Assembly (NCBI GenBank): GCA_963816145.1
Contig: CAWFJP010000015.1
Span: forward strand, 128,001-192,000
Length of the DNA: 64,000 nt
Reading direction: 5' to 3'
DNA from: an uncultured delta proteobacterium
GTDB lineage: Bacteria; Desulfobacterota; Binatia; UBA9968
Under the pieces are notes generated by a model, which saw only the letters and a program-made list of their open reading frames with translations, ran no database searches and had not been told where the DNA came from. Numbering within the stretch: position 1 is the first letter of the stretch; the number at the start of each line of letters is the position of its first letter. The translations under genes and the position numbers were made by a program. Positions 11,101 through 20,336 of this stretch are shown here, one piece after another.

Positions 11101-11488
11101 AGGCGCCTCGATCGTAAGGAAAAATACCAATATCGCCGGAAGTGCCGGAACCGTGAATTACGACTATGTCCTTGGAGAAAGTCTCGCCCGGATCACGATG
11201 GCCCTCAAACCAAGCTTCCAGTTCTTTTTTCCTGAGTCTCGGATCGGTCACTGCCTTATCAAAATTATCAATCAAGGTTTTTTTTGGCAGTAAAGGTAGA
11301 TCGCTTATCGAAACGTCGGCAAAATCTTTTTCGCGGATACCATGGCTCGAATAATAATCCCGATAAAATGCCGATCGGCTCCAAACATAATCGAGCAATC
11401 TTTTAAGCTGCCGGTTTTGATATTGAAGCATCGCTTGGCGTGACCCAGGGGTAGAGCCATCCCCTTTGGAGTGCACAGCTGTAGTCAT
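8183..11488 (-). CDS. NRPS-like protein: phenylacetate-CoA-ligase-like domain + adenylation domain + carrier protein
   Basis: N-terminal GSGTSG, YAASE, RYELGD; A-domain YTSGSTGRPKG, YRTGD, QVKIRGYRVE, PSGKVDR; PCP FFDVGGQSL. Confidence 0.85.
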   Translation of the reverse strand: MTTAVHSKGDGSTPGSRQAMLQYQNRQLKRLLDYVWSRSAFYRDYYSSHGIREKDFADVSISDLPLLPKKTLIDNFDKAVTDPRLRKKELEAWFEGHRDPGETFSKDIVVIHGSGTSGDIGIFPYDRGAWTIADATVAGRLPSPENYPKGKTKVAFYIVGTGHFASATMVNSMPKNIYDTLILSLLRSSEQTVNQLNDFQPHRLSGYSSSVAQLAELALKGSLRIYPQRVIVYGDKLTQSMERNIREAWRAPIYVLYAASESKYIAIKTPECDQMMVMDDLNIVEVLDDKDQGVSDGKEGRVVLTNLYNYTLPMLRYELGDYVVKGTPLPDRPFSTLRDIRGRVNDALPIVLSSGVHDSIHPLVLTTLFVPTIDKLQFVSEGPGHVRIDYVAPRNIDTAVREEFQKMLDAKGGARTTVDVRNVRAIENDPKTGKLRLVKFEGRQAKRTHRIIDRDVAEIAPRRVRVKPAPSFVPFTRADIEQSIPARFEQQVEKYADQLALKSGDLLLSYGELNRVANQLARAIIDRLGSKPEPVALLLRQGIPAVTSILGILKAGKCYVPLDPTYPDATLVSILEESQASLIVTNGADLSSTMAFVREPSMILNIDRLDGGIPTDNLSPTISPDSLAYLFYTSGSTGRPKGVVQNHRNVLHQIMTYTNGLQLAREDRVTQLHSHGFSASRLDIFGALLNGAALFPISVAEEGFGRFARLLRDAGITLLHWVPTAFRHFANTLDKGDLFPKLRLLVLGSEPLSSRDVDLYKQHFSPGCVLVNRFGTTETGNIRWYFVDKQTATPSGSVPVGYAVEDTTVLLLDETGNELENDQIGEIAVKSHYLSPGYWRRQDLTAAVFSSDPVEPETRVYRTGDMGRILPDGCLLHLGRKDFQVKIRGYRVEVGEVERMLLGHSAIATAVVAARSDHLEGKRLVAYYVCTDAPPPSSSMLRNFLAARLPSYMVPSAFVRLEVLPRTPSGKVDRQALPEPNIEAPNADAPIAEGRTPVENKLVKIWIDVLGIDSLGIDQNFFDVGGQSLHAMSIISRANEVFKIEIPFREFFELPTVAHMAEMISSQELTNYDEADLSDALAAVESLSDEQALHLVEKETK

Positions 11489-11774
11489 AAATTGCGCTCC
11501 TTTCTGTTTTGAAGGCTAGGAGTTTGTCAAGCATTAACTTCACTTCAAAGACCTTAAGACACGAAGCAATGAATCTCAATTGGGGTATGGAATTTGTCGA
11601 GGAATTTCTGGAGGGGTCATCGCCAAAGATTTTAGCAATTTGGGGTGGCAGGTTTTTTTGAACCTCGGTGACAACAGATGTCATGGTTTTCGACGACGGT
11701 TTACACGCCAAGACGGAAGGGGTATACGAACGACTTGTGACAATATTGGAGAAATTACGTAAGGAGCCGCGCAG

Positions 11775-12872
11775 ATGATTTTTCTCACCAACGAACAGAT
11801 CGAACAGGTCCTCGACATGAAAACCTGCATCGACGCCATGGAAGACGCCTACCGCGAACTGAATGAGCTCAAAGCCGGCTACCGCCCGCGCATCGACTTC
11901 TACGTGCCACAAGAACCGCACTACTATCGTTGGGGCACCATGGAGGGCGCGTCGCGCAAGTTAGGCGTCTTCGCCATCCGCATGAAGTCCGACATGCTCG
12001 CCTGGGAAAATCAGGACGGCTTCATGGTCGAGGACAAGTATTGCATGGAGCGCGGCACCTACTGCGGCCTGATCTTCCTGACCAGCACGCGCAACGGCGA
12101 GCCGCTGGCGATCATGAACGATGGCTACCTCCAGCATATGCGCGTCGGCGCCTGCGCCGGTCTCGGCACCAAGTATCTGGCGCGCAAAGATGCCAAGGTC
12201 ATGGCGATGATCGGCTCCGGCGGCATGGCGCGGACCTACGCCGAGGCGATCAAACATGTCCGACCCCTCGAAGTCATGCGCGTGTTCAGCCCGACGAAAA
12301 AGAACCGCGAAGCCTTTGCCGCCGAGATGACCGATAAACTCGACATCGAAGTGATCGCCGTCGACTCGCCGGAAAAGGCGCTCAAGGGCGCCGCGATTGT
12401 TTCGCTGACCACCGACTCGCTCGTACCCGTGATCAAAGCCGAATGGCTCGAACCGGGAATGCATATCAACAACGTGCGCAACAACGAAGCCGGTCCCGAC
12501 GTCCTGGCCCGCGCCGACGTGCGCGCGCGTCTCGGCACTTCCACGCTCTACGCCGATCGCAATTCACCAGAAGTCGTCACCGGTAGCGACGGCATGTTCG
12601 GCTTCATCGCCGGTAGCCCGGAGGAAAAGCAAAAGATCCCATCCTCACCGCACCATGAGATCGACAACCCGAATATCGGCACCGTCCCCGACGTCATGGC
12701 TGGTAGATGGATCGGCCGGGCCAATGACCAACAGATCACCTTCCTGAACAATCAAGGCACCCAAGGCCTGCAATTTGCCGCCGTCGGCGGTACGGCGTAT
12801 AACTTGGCCAAAGCCAAAGGATTAGGCCATGCATTGCCTTTAGAATGGTTCACGCAGAATATAAGAGATTGA
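11775..12872 (+). CDS. Ornithine cyclodeaminase/mu-crystallin family protein
   Basis: HMRVGA, IGSGGMA, VFSPTKKNRE, GLQFAA. Confidence 0.88.
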   Translation: MIFLTNEQIEQVLDMKTCIDAMEDAYRELNELKAGYRPRIDFYVPQEPHYYRWGTMEGASRKLGVFAIRMKSDMLAWENQDGFMVEDKYCMERGTYCGLIFLTSTRNGEPLAIMNDGYLQHMRVGACAGLGTKYLARKDAKVMAMIGSGGMARTYAEAIKHVRPLEVMRVFSPTKKNREAFAAEMTDKLDIEVIAVDSPEKALKGAAIVSLTTDSLVPVIKAEWLEPGMHINNVRNNEAGPDVLARADVRARLGTSTLYADRNSPEVVTGSDGMFGFIAGSPEEKQKIPSSPHHEIDNPNIGTVPDVMAGRWIGRANDQQITFLNNQGTQGLQFAAVGGTAYNLAKAKGLGHALPLEWFTQNIRD

Positions 12873-13022
12873 GAACAACGGAGTGATGGAATACTGGAAT
12901 CTTGGGCACTGATCGAATTCCAATCTTCCAAACCTTGAACTCTTGCCTTCGATAAACTCAGGCCCTGAGACCGTCGAAGGGAACCTTTGAACGAACGAAT
13001 TCCCAATCCCCGGAGGTTTACC

Positions 13023-13817
13023 ATGGCTATACTGCGCTACGTCGCCTATCTCGCTGAAGATCCCGCTAAATTAGTCGATTTCTACCACCGTTTTCTCGGC
13101 ACCGAAGAACTCGGTCGCACGCCGGACGGCGATATCACCATCACCGACGGTTTTTATAATTTGACCTTTTTCAAAAACCGTCCAGAGCTGGGCGAGATGC
13201 AAACCAACAACGGCTTGCACCATATCGGCGTGCAGGTCGACGATCTCGAAGAAGTGAAAGGCCGGTTTATCCGGATGTTCCCGCGCGGAATAATCATCCA
13301 GGAGTCGAACGATTTGCAGCATGGCCAAATCCGCCTGCACGACCCGGAATGCCGGCCGGTCACGGTGTCGACGACGAGTTACGGCGTGCCGGCGAGCAAA
13401 GAAAAACGTTTCCCGCGCGTGCGCCATATCGCCTACAACGCGCTCGATCCCGAAACCATGTTGCAGTTCTACACCCAGGTGTTGGGTCTGCGCGAAGTGC
13501 CATCGAGCTATCTGCGCCGCCAGCAGGGACGCGGCAACCGCTTCTGCGCTGATGGTAAAACCAACCTGGCGATCCATCCGTTCTACAGCCAGGTCGAAGG
13601 CCATGAAGCCAAGTACGGCATCAACCATATCGGCTTTCTGACCAACACCATGCAGGCGACCATGGCGGAATTGAGCAGTATGTTGAAAATCGCGCCACGC
13701 CCGTCGACCCGCCCTTACGCCGAATTTCGTTTCCGCGATCTGGAAGGCAATGCCTTGGATTTGTCGCAGACTAAAGGCTGGGAAGTCGACGTCGATAAGT
13801 GGGAAACGGCGGCTTAA
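13023..13817 (+). CDS. Two-domain VOC/glyoxalase family protein
   Basis: GLHHIGVQVDDL, GINHIGF, RDLEGN. Confidence 0.8.
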   Translation: MAILRYVAYLAEDPAKLVDFYHRFLGTEELGRTPDGDITITDGFYNLTFFKNRPELGEMQTNNGLHHIGVQVDDLEEVKGRFIRMFPRGIIIQESNDLQHGQIRLHDPECRPVTVSTTSYGVPASKEKRFPRVRHIAYNALDPETMLQFYTQVLGLREVPSSYLRRQQGRGNRFCADGKTNLAIHPFYSQVEGHEAKYGINHIGFLTNTMQATMAELSSMLKIAPRPSTRPYAEFRFRDLEGNALDLSQTKGWEVDVDKWETAA

Positions 13818-13922
13818 AAAAGCCGTTCAAGGTTCAAGGGTTCAAAAAGTTCAAAGTAGGACTTGTAGGATCGGTGGAGCGCAGCGATACCCATTGATTC
13901 TGAAGAGAAAAGATTTAGTTTT

Positions 13923-14939
13923 ATGCTGAAATTAAAATTTACAGTTTCGATCGTTTCAATCATTGCACTGTTAATCACGGCATCGCCACGCACGGCACTA
14001 ACGGCCTCGGCGCCGTTGGAAAAACTGACGCTCGGCTGGAGCGCCATCGCCGGCTCGCAGGCGCCGTTCTGGATCACCAAGGAAGCCGGCCTGTTCGAGA
14101 AAAACGGCCTCGACGTGATCATGATCTACCTCGACGGCGGTTCACGGGCTACTCAAGCGATGATGTCGGGCGATCTACCGATCGCTCAGGTCGGCGGCAA
14201 TGCTCCGGTGGTTGCCAAACTGCGCGGTGCCGATATCACACTGATCGCGGGCTTACTTAATATCCTCGCCTACAGCATGGTGGTTTCACCAGAAATCAAA
14301 AAGCCGGAAGACCTGCGGGGCAAAAAGCTCACGGTCAGCCGCTTCGGCTCCAACTCCGACTACGCCACGCGCAAAATATTATTGAAATGGGGATTGAAGC
14401 CCGACGTCGACGTGGCGGTCCTGCAGATACCAGGCGGTCAACCGACTCGCCTGGCGGCGATACAAACAAATCAAGTGCAAGGCATGGTGGCACAGCCGCC
14501 GGTGACCAATCTGGCGCGCAAGTTCAAAATGAATATCATCGCCGAGCCCGAAGACTTCGGCGGCGCCTACCCGACCACACCGGTGGCGGCGCGGATTTCC
14601 TTCATCAAGGATAAACGCGACACCGTGCGAAAATTTACCCGCGCGCTGTTGGAAGGCATTCACCTCTATAAAACCAACAAGGAGTTCAGCAAGAAAGTCA
14701 TCGGCAAATACGTCAAGACCGACGACAACGATGCATTGGAAGACAGCTATCAATTTTTCTCCCGGCTCGTGCCGGCCAAGCCCTATCCGTCCCTCGAAGC
14801 GGTCAAAGAAGCCCTTGCCGAACTCGGTGAAAAAGATCCCAAGGTCCGCGCGGCGAAACCGGAGGACTTCGTCGACATGAGTATCATCAAGGAGTTCGAC
14901 GACAACGGATTTATCGACGGGCTGTATAAGAAACGCTAA
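13923..14939 (+). CDS. ABC substrate-binding protein, NMT1/SsuA-like
   Basis: GLFEKNGLDV, DLRGKKLTVSRFGSNSD. Confidence 0.88.
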   Translation: MLKLKFTVSIVSIIALLITASPRTALTASAPLEKLTLGWSAIAGSQAPFWITKEAGLFEKNGLDVIMIYLDGGSRATQAMMSGDLPIAQVGGNAPVVAKLRGADITLIAGLLNILAYSMVVSPEIKKPEDLRGKKLTVSRFGSNSDYATRKILLKWGLKPDVDVAVLQIPGGQPTRLAAIQTNQVQGMVAQPPVTNLARKFKMNIIAEPEDFGGAYPTTPVAARISFIKDKRDTVRKFTRALLEGIHLYKTNKEFSKKVIGKYVKTDDNDALEDSYQFFSRLVPAKPYPSLEAVKEALAELGEKDPKVRAAKPEDFVDMSIIKEFDDNGFIDGLYKKR

Positions 14940-15020
14940 CGGACGAACATCGAACTGCACCGGGACGAAAGTTCATTTTGTGAATCATTTCCATTAGTGG
15001 GCTTTTTACAGGAGCGATTT

Positions 15021-16010
15021 ATGAACAGACAATTTAATCGGTTTATGTTCGCGCTCGTGCTCCCGTTACTTTCCTTGAGTCATTTCGCTACAGCAGCCAC
15101 GATCACCGTAAAGGTCGGTTACCCTCAACTAAGCGGCGGCTCCATGCCGCTCTGGGTGATCAACGACAGCAAGCTCGATCAGCGCTACGGCGTCGATGTC
15201 AAAACCGTCTACATCGCGGGTGGCGCCACTCTCACCCATTCTTTAGTCGCCGGCGACATCGATATCGCATTGACCGGCGGGGCCGTGGTTGGCGCCGTGC
15301 TTAGCGGCGCCGATCTCGTTTACGTCGGCATCGGGCTTTCGACTTATGGCTTTACCGTATACGCCAAGCCGGAGACCAAAAGCATCGAAGATCTGCGCGG
15401 CAAGATTTTTGGCGTGATCACCCGCGGCGCTTCCTCCGACCACGCAGCGATCGCGCTTTTCAACCGATACAACATGAAGGTCGGCCAAGATGTGAAATTT
15501 CTTTACTTCTCGCGGCAAGGTGATCTTCTCGCGGCACTGGACAAGGGCGTGGTGGTGGGTGGAGTGTTTTCATCGCCTACGACCGTGATGGCCAAACGCA
15601 TGGGCTACAAAGAGCTCGTCAATATCGCCTCTTTCAAGCTGCCCTATCCGCACAACGCCATCGCAGCTCGCAAGACCTTAGTCCGGCAAAATCCGGAGCT
15701 GATTAAGGGCTTTCTGAAGTCCTACCTGGCGGCGATAAAAATCATTCATGAGGAGCCGGCGATCGCAAAGCGCGCCCTGTCCCGCTATCTCGGCACCAAA
15801 GATCCTGAGATGATCGATGACTCCTACACCAGCCTTGCGCCGCTGTTCTTGAAGGTCCCGTACATGCCCGAGGAAGCGATTCGCACCGTCCTTTCCCTCT
15901 CGGACCATCCAAAGGCGTCGCAGGCGGATCCCAAAGATTTCTTCGACAATCGTCCACTGAAAGAGCTGGAGGATAGCGGCTTCGTCAAGGAACTGTATGG
16001 TCAGCGCTAG
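15021..16010 (+). CDS. ABC substrate-binding protein, NMT1/SsuA-like
   Basis: DLRGKIFGVITRGASSD; signal peptide. Confidence 0.85.
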   Translation: MNRQFNRFMFALVLPLLSLSHFATAATITVKVGYPQLSGGSMPLWVINDSKLDQRYGVDVKTVYIAGGATLTHSLVAGDIDIALTGGAVVGAVLSGADLVYVGIGLSTYGFTVYAKPETKSIEDLRGKIFGVITRGASSDHAAIALFNRYNMKVGQDVKFLYFSRQGDLLAALDKGVVVGGVFSSPTTVMAKRMGYKELVNIASFKLPYPHNAIAARKTLVRQNPELIKGFLKSYLAAIKIIHEEPAIAKRALSRYLGTKDPEMIDDSYTSLAPLFLKVPYMPEEAIRTVLSLSDHPKASQADPKDFFDNRPLKELEDSGFVKELYGQR

Positions 16011-16080
16011 CGCCGCCGCGCATCACGCTGGTCGAAGAGTAAACGATCCTCGGATCGAATCCGAGTGAGTGTGAGCGTCG

Positions 16081-17028
16081 ATGGGCAATAGCCATACTTC
16101 GCGCGGCGCCCCGCGAGCAGCCGCGTTCTTGCGAAATCTTATACTCGCTGCCGGCTTGCTAACTTTAGGTCTTGGCGCTATCGAGAAAGCACATAGCCAA
16201 ACCATAACTAACTCTATGAAACCCATCCCCATTCCCCCGCAGGCCACGGCCAAAGACGGCTTGGCACAAATTCCCGACACTCGTCTCTGGTACTGGGACA
16301 CCGGTGGACCGGGGGTGCCGATCGTGCTGCTGCATCCGGCCACCGGCAGCGCGCTCATCTGGGGTTACCAGCAGCCTGTGTTCGCCAAGGCAGGCTACCG
16401 CGTCATCGCCTATTCGCGCCGCGGCTACTACAACTCCGCGCCCTTCGACGCGAAAAACCCAGGCATCGGCTCGGAGGACCTTCGCCACCTAGCGGACACA
16501 TTGGGGCTTGGACGATTTCATGTGGTGGCGTCGGCAGCCGGCGGCAGCATCGCGTCGGACTTCGCGTTTTCTTACCAGGAACGGTTGCTGAGCCTGAGTA
16601 TTTCAAGCAACTCCTTCGGCGTGCGCGACGGCGAGATCGCCAAGGCGGCCGCCGCCATTCGTCCCGAGGGCTGGGAAAAAATGCCGGCCGAATTTCGCGA
16701 GCTCGGTCCATCATACCGGGCGGCAAACCCTGCGGGCGTGAAGGCGTGGATGGAACTCGAACATAAGGCGCTGATTGGACGTGACTACCGGCAAATCCTA
16801 AAGAATGAAATCACCCAGGCAAAGCTTAAAGATCTCAAGCTGCCGACGTTGGTTATTTCCGGGGCCGCAGATTTATCTACGCCGCCATCGATTGCGCGGA
16901 TGATCGCGGCCGAGATTCCGAACAGCCGCGTGGCGCTGATCCCCGAGGCCGGCCATTCGACCTACTGGGAACAGCCAGAGATTTTCAATCGCGCCGTGCT
17001 CGACTGCATCGCCGGCCAGTCGAAATAA
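16081..17028 (+). CDS. Alpha/beta hydrolase, probably secreted
   Basis: LLHPATGS, SRRGY, ASAAGG nucleophile elbow, AGHSTYWE. Confidence 0.8.
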   Translation: MGNSHTSRGAPRAAAFLRNLILAAGLLTLGLGAIEKAHSQTITNSMKPIPIPPQATAKDGLAQIPDTRLWYWDTGGPGVPIVLLHPATGSALIWGYQQPVFAKAGYRVIAYSRRGYYNSAPFDAKNPGIGSEDLRHLADTLGLGRFHVVASAAGGSIASDFAFSYQERLLSLSISSNSFGVRDGEIAKAAAAIRPEGWEKMPAEFRELGPSYRAANPAGVKAWMELEHKALIGRDYRQILKNEITQAKLKDLKLPTLVISGAADLSTPPSIARMIAAEIPNSRVALIPEAGHSTYWEQPEIFNRAVLDCIAGQSK

Positions 17029-17135
17029 CAATCGTGATAGCGCCCAGAGCGATGCTCACTTTGATCGAGAACTGACAGACCCTAGGCTCCAAGCCGAGGG
17101 GTTCTGAATTCGTCGACTGGAACTCGATTTCCCAT

Positions 17136-17223
17136 CCGTCATTCCCGCGCACGCGGGAATCCAGACGTTTTTTGTGTTCAACTTCGTAATAAACCTGGAT
17201 GCCGGCCTTCGCCGGCATGACGG
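17136..17223. repeat. REP-like doublet (GTCATTCC...GGAATCCA / TGGAT...ATGAC family)
   Basis: Two opposed palindromes; related copies at 18415, 22366, 26404, 39868. Confidence 0.85.
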
Positions 17224-17353
17224 AATTTCACTTTCGTCCGAAGAATGTGCTGCGCCCTGACGAAGGGACGAGAGATTTCAACCAGCCCCGATAAAGATAT
17301 TGAACACCTGCGGTTACGAACAAAACCTTGTCATGATAAGGATCATGTCAGCT

Positions 17354-18403
17354 ATGGAGAACCTCGAAGTGTTGGTCATGCAGCAGGTTCCGGATTCAGT
17401 CCTCGCTCGCATTTCCAAAATCGATCGGCGCATCAAAGTCGTCGATGCCAGGGGGTGGTTCGATGTCGAACTTCGCGCCACATGGCCGCAGTGGACCGTC
17501 GACCGGTATCTTGGCGCGCGCAAATATCCCGCAACCACGGTTGCCCAGCGGAATGAAGCGCTCGCATCGGCCGAAGTCATGCTGGTGGGCTGGCCACCGG
17601 TCAAAGACATGCGCGTTCGCTCGCCTCGACTGAAATGGGTCCATGAACTGCCGGCCGGCGCTAGCAACTTCCTCGATACCGACCTGTGGGGCTCGGATGT
17701 TATCGTAACAACCTCACGCGGGCTGACGAATAGACGCCCGATGGCGGAGTATGTATTGGCTAGCTTCCTCCACTTCTCGCGTGGCTTCCACTGGAGCTAC
17801 CGCGATCAACGGCGGCACAAGCTCGATCATCAGACCTATGATCCGATTATTATCCGCGACAAGACCGTTTGCGTTGTTGGTGCCGGCGGTATCGGCGTCG
17901 AAGTGGCCAAACTTTGCGCCGCGGCCGGGATGCGGGTCGTCGGTACCAGGCGGGATGCTGCAGTGCGGCCGGAAGGTTTTGCGCGCTTGGAACCTGCCCA
18001 CGCCTTGCGCGAAGTACTGCGCGAAAGTGAGTTTGTCGCTATCTGCTGTCCGTGGACCAAGGAAACGACCCATCTGATCGGTCGCGACGCCTTTGCCGCG
18101 ATGAAACCGGGAACGGTTTTGGTCAACATCTCGCGCGGTGAGATCATCGACGAAGAAGCTTTGATCCTCGCGTTAAGCCAAGGCAAGCTGCGCGGCTTCG
18201 CCACCGATGTCTATGACGGTGAATTCGAGCGACCGCCTGACGCTCGCTTGTGGGATGACGAACGCGTCGTCATCACACCGCATGTTTCCGCAGTCGCCGA
18301 CATCTCCGAGCATCAAGGCGTGCAACTATTCTGCGACAACTTGCGCCGCTGCCTGGACGGCCAGCGATTGGAAAACGTCATCGACTGGCAGCGCGGGTAT
18401 TGA
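17354..18403 (+). CDS. D-2-hydroxyacid dehydrogenase
   Basis: VGAGGIG, VNISRGEIIDE, ITPHVS. Confidence 0.9.
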   Translation: MENLEVLVMQQVPDSVLARISKIDRRIKVVDARGWFDVELRATWPQWTVDRYLGARKYPATTVAQRNEALASAEVMLVGWPPVKDMRVRSPRLKWVHELPAGASNFLDTDLWGSDVIVTTSRGLTNRRPMAEYVLASFLHFSRGFHWSYRDQRRHKLDHQTYDPIIIRDKTVCVVGAGGIGVEVAKLCAAAGMRVVGTRRDAAVRPEGFARLEPAHALREVLRESEFVAICCPWTKETTHLIGRDAFAAMKPGTVLVNISRGEIIDEEALILALSQGKLRGFATDVYDGEFERPPDARLWDDERVVITPHVSAVADISEHQGVQLFCDNLRRCLDGQRLENVIDWQRGY

Positions 18404-18414
18404 AGGCCTGTGAT

Positions 18415-18496
18415 CGTCATGCCGGTGCAAACCGGCATCCAGGTTTCGTTCCCGATTACCAACCAAAGATGGATTCCGGCGTGCGCCGGAATGACG
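18415..18496. repeat. REP-like doublet
   Basis: cgtcatgccggtgcaaaccggcatcca ... tggattccggcgtgcgccggaatgacg. Confidence 0.85.
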
Positions 18497-18632
18497 CATG
18501 GACAGGCAGCGCGGGTATTGAAACATGTCAATGGCCTGTGTACTGCTCAAAGGGCGAATGCAATTCGCCCCTACGTCTCGATCGTGACTTTGCGCCTTCG
18601 CGCCTTTGCGGGAGACATTTCGGATTGTATTT

Positions 18633-19379
18633 TTAGCCGACGAAATGAAACCCACCGTCGACGTTCAACAACTGGCCGGTCATAAAGTCGCTTTCGTTCG
18701 ACGACAGAAACAACACCGTTCCCACCAGATCGCTCTCCACCTGGGTCTTTTTCAAGCTGCGCTGCTGGGCGCGGATCTTTTCGTATTCGGGATCGACCTC
18801 GCGCCCTTCGGTAACGACGAAGCCGGGGCTCACCGAGTTGACGCAGATGTTCCAGTCGCCCAGCTCTTTTGCCATGGCTCGGGTCATGGCGATCAGCGCG
18901 CCCTTTGACGTGACGTAGTGGATGTAGTTAGGGTTGCCGGTGAGCGCCACGTTGGAAGAGATGTTGATGATCTTGCCACTTTTTTGTTTCATCATGTAAG
19001 GCGCTGCCGCTTTGGCGCACAGCCACGAACCGCGCACGTTGACCGCCATCGCCTTGTCGAATTCCTCGACAGTCATCTCCCAGAACGGTCCCTTCCACAC
19101 CGACATAAAATAGGCCGCGTTGTTGATGAGGATATCGACCGTGCCGAACTGCTTGACGGTTTCAGCGACCATCGCCTTGACGCTCTGCTCGTTCGACACA
19201 TCGCAGGCCATGCTGATCGCCGTGCCGCCCATGTCTTTAACCGTTTTGACGATCTGATCCGCGCTGGCGATGTCCGGCAGACTCAACTTCGCCCCCTCCT
19301 TGGCAAACGCCAGCGCATACGCCTTGGCGATCTTGCCGCCGCCGCCGGTGATGATCACGGACTTATCTTTGAAACGCAT
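18633..19379 (-). CDS. SDR family oxidoreductase (paralog 1)
   Basis: TGGGGKIA, NNAA, YVTSK. Confidence 0.92.
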   Translation of the reverse strand: MRFKDKSVIITGGGGKIAKAYALAFAKEGAKLSLPDIASADQIVKTVKDMGGTAISMACDVSNEQSVKAMVAETVKQFGTVDILINNAAYFMSVWKGPFWEMTVEEFDKAMAVNVRGSWLCAKAAAPYMMKQKSGKIINISSNVALTGNPNYIHYVTSKGALIAMTRAMAKELGDWNICVNSVSPGFVVTEGREVDPEYEKIRAQQRSLKKTQVESDLVGTVLFLSSNESDFMTGQLLNVDGGFHFVG

Positions 19380-19400
19380 GGATACCCCTTAAAGATAAAC

Positions 19401-19473
19401 GTAAGGGGTTAGGGGTAAAGGGTGAGCCGCTCAATTTCCGGAGACGCCTTACACCTAACCCTTCACCCCTTAC
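19401..19473. repeat. Hairpin with arms of 7-bp units between the SDR paralogs
   Basis: gtaaggggttaggggtaaagggtga ... ccttacacctaacccttcaccccttac. Confidence 0.7.
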
Positions 19474-19478
19474 CATTC

Positions 19479-20225
19479 TTACCCGACAAAATGCGCGCCG
19501 CCGTCGACGTTGAGCAACTGGCCGGTCATGAAATCGCTCTCCGGCGACGCCAGGAACATTACCGTACCGACCAGATCGTTCTCGACCTGCACGCGTTTGA
19601 TGGCGCGGTTGCCGACGCGGCTGGCGTTGAACGCCGGATCGACCGCGCGTCCTTCGGTAACGACGAAGCCTGGACTGACGGTGTTGACGCAGATGCCGTA
19701 GTCGCCGACCTCGCGGGCCATCGCCCGGGTCATGGCGATCAGCGCGCCCTTGGAAGTGACGTAGTGGATATAATTCTGCCCGCCGTTGAGCGCGGTGCCG
19801 GAAGATATGTTGATAATCTTGCCTTTGCCTTGCTGCTTCATATGCGGGAACGCCGCCTTGGCGCAGAGCCACGAGCCGCGCACGTTGACCGCCATCGCTT
19901 TGTCGAACTCATCGACTGCCATTTCCCAGAATGGACTTTTCTTCACAGTCATGAAGTAGGCAGCATTGTTGATCAAGACGTCGACGCTGCCGAATTGCTT
20001 GGCCACGCTGTCGACCATCGCTTTGACGCTCTTCTCATCGGAGACATCGCAGGCCATGCTGATCGCCGTGCCGCCCATGTCTCGAATCGCTTTGACGACA
20101 TGATCGGCGCTGGCGATATCGGGTAATGCTACCTTTGCGCCTTCTTTGGCGAAACCCATCGCATAAGCTTTGCCGATCTTGCCGCCGCCGCCCGTGATGA
20201 TCACCGACTTGCCTTGGAAGCGCAT
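19479..20225 (-). CDS. SDR family oxidoreductase (paralog 2)
   Basis: TGGGGKIG, NNAA, YVTSK; same length as and highly similar to its neighbour. Confidence 0.92.
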   Translation of the reverse strand: MRFQGKSVIITGGGGKIGKAYAMGFAKEGAKVALPDIASADHVVKAIRDMGGTAISMACDVSDEKSVKAMVDSVAKQFGSVDVLINNAAYFMTVKKSPFWEMAVDEFDKAMAVNVRGSWLCAKAAFPHMKQQGKGKIINISSGTALNGGQNYIHYVTSKGALIAMTRAMAREVGDYGICVNTVSPGFVVTEGRAVDPAFNASRVGNRAIKRVQVENDLVGTVMFLASPESDFMTGQLLNVDGGAHFVG

Positions 20226-20336
20226 AAAGTTCTCCTTTAACTTAGTTTAAGTGTCACTTAACACCCGCTCCCAGGTGTGTCAACGAAATCACCGGCTTGA
20301 TTGACAGCAGCACGGTCGACTCTTATGATCGCGACA

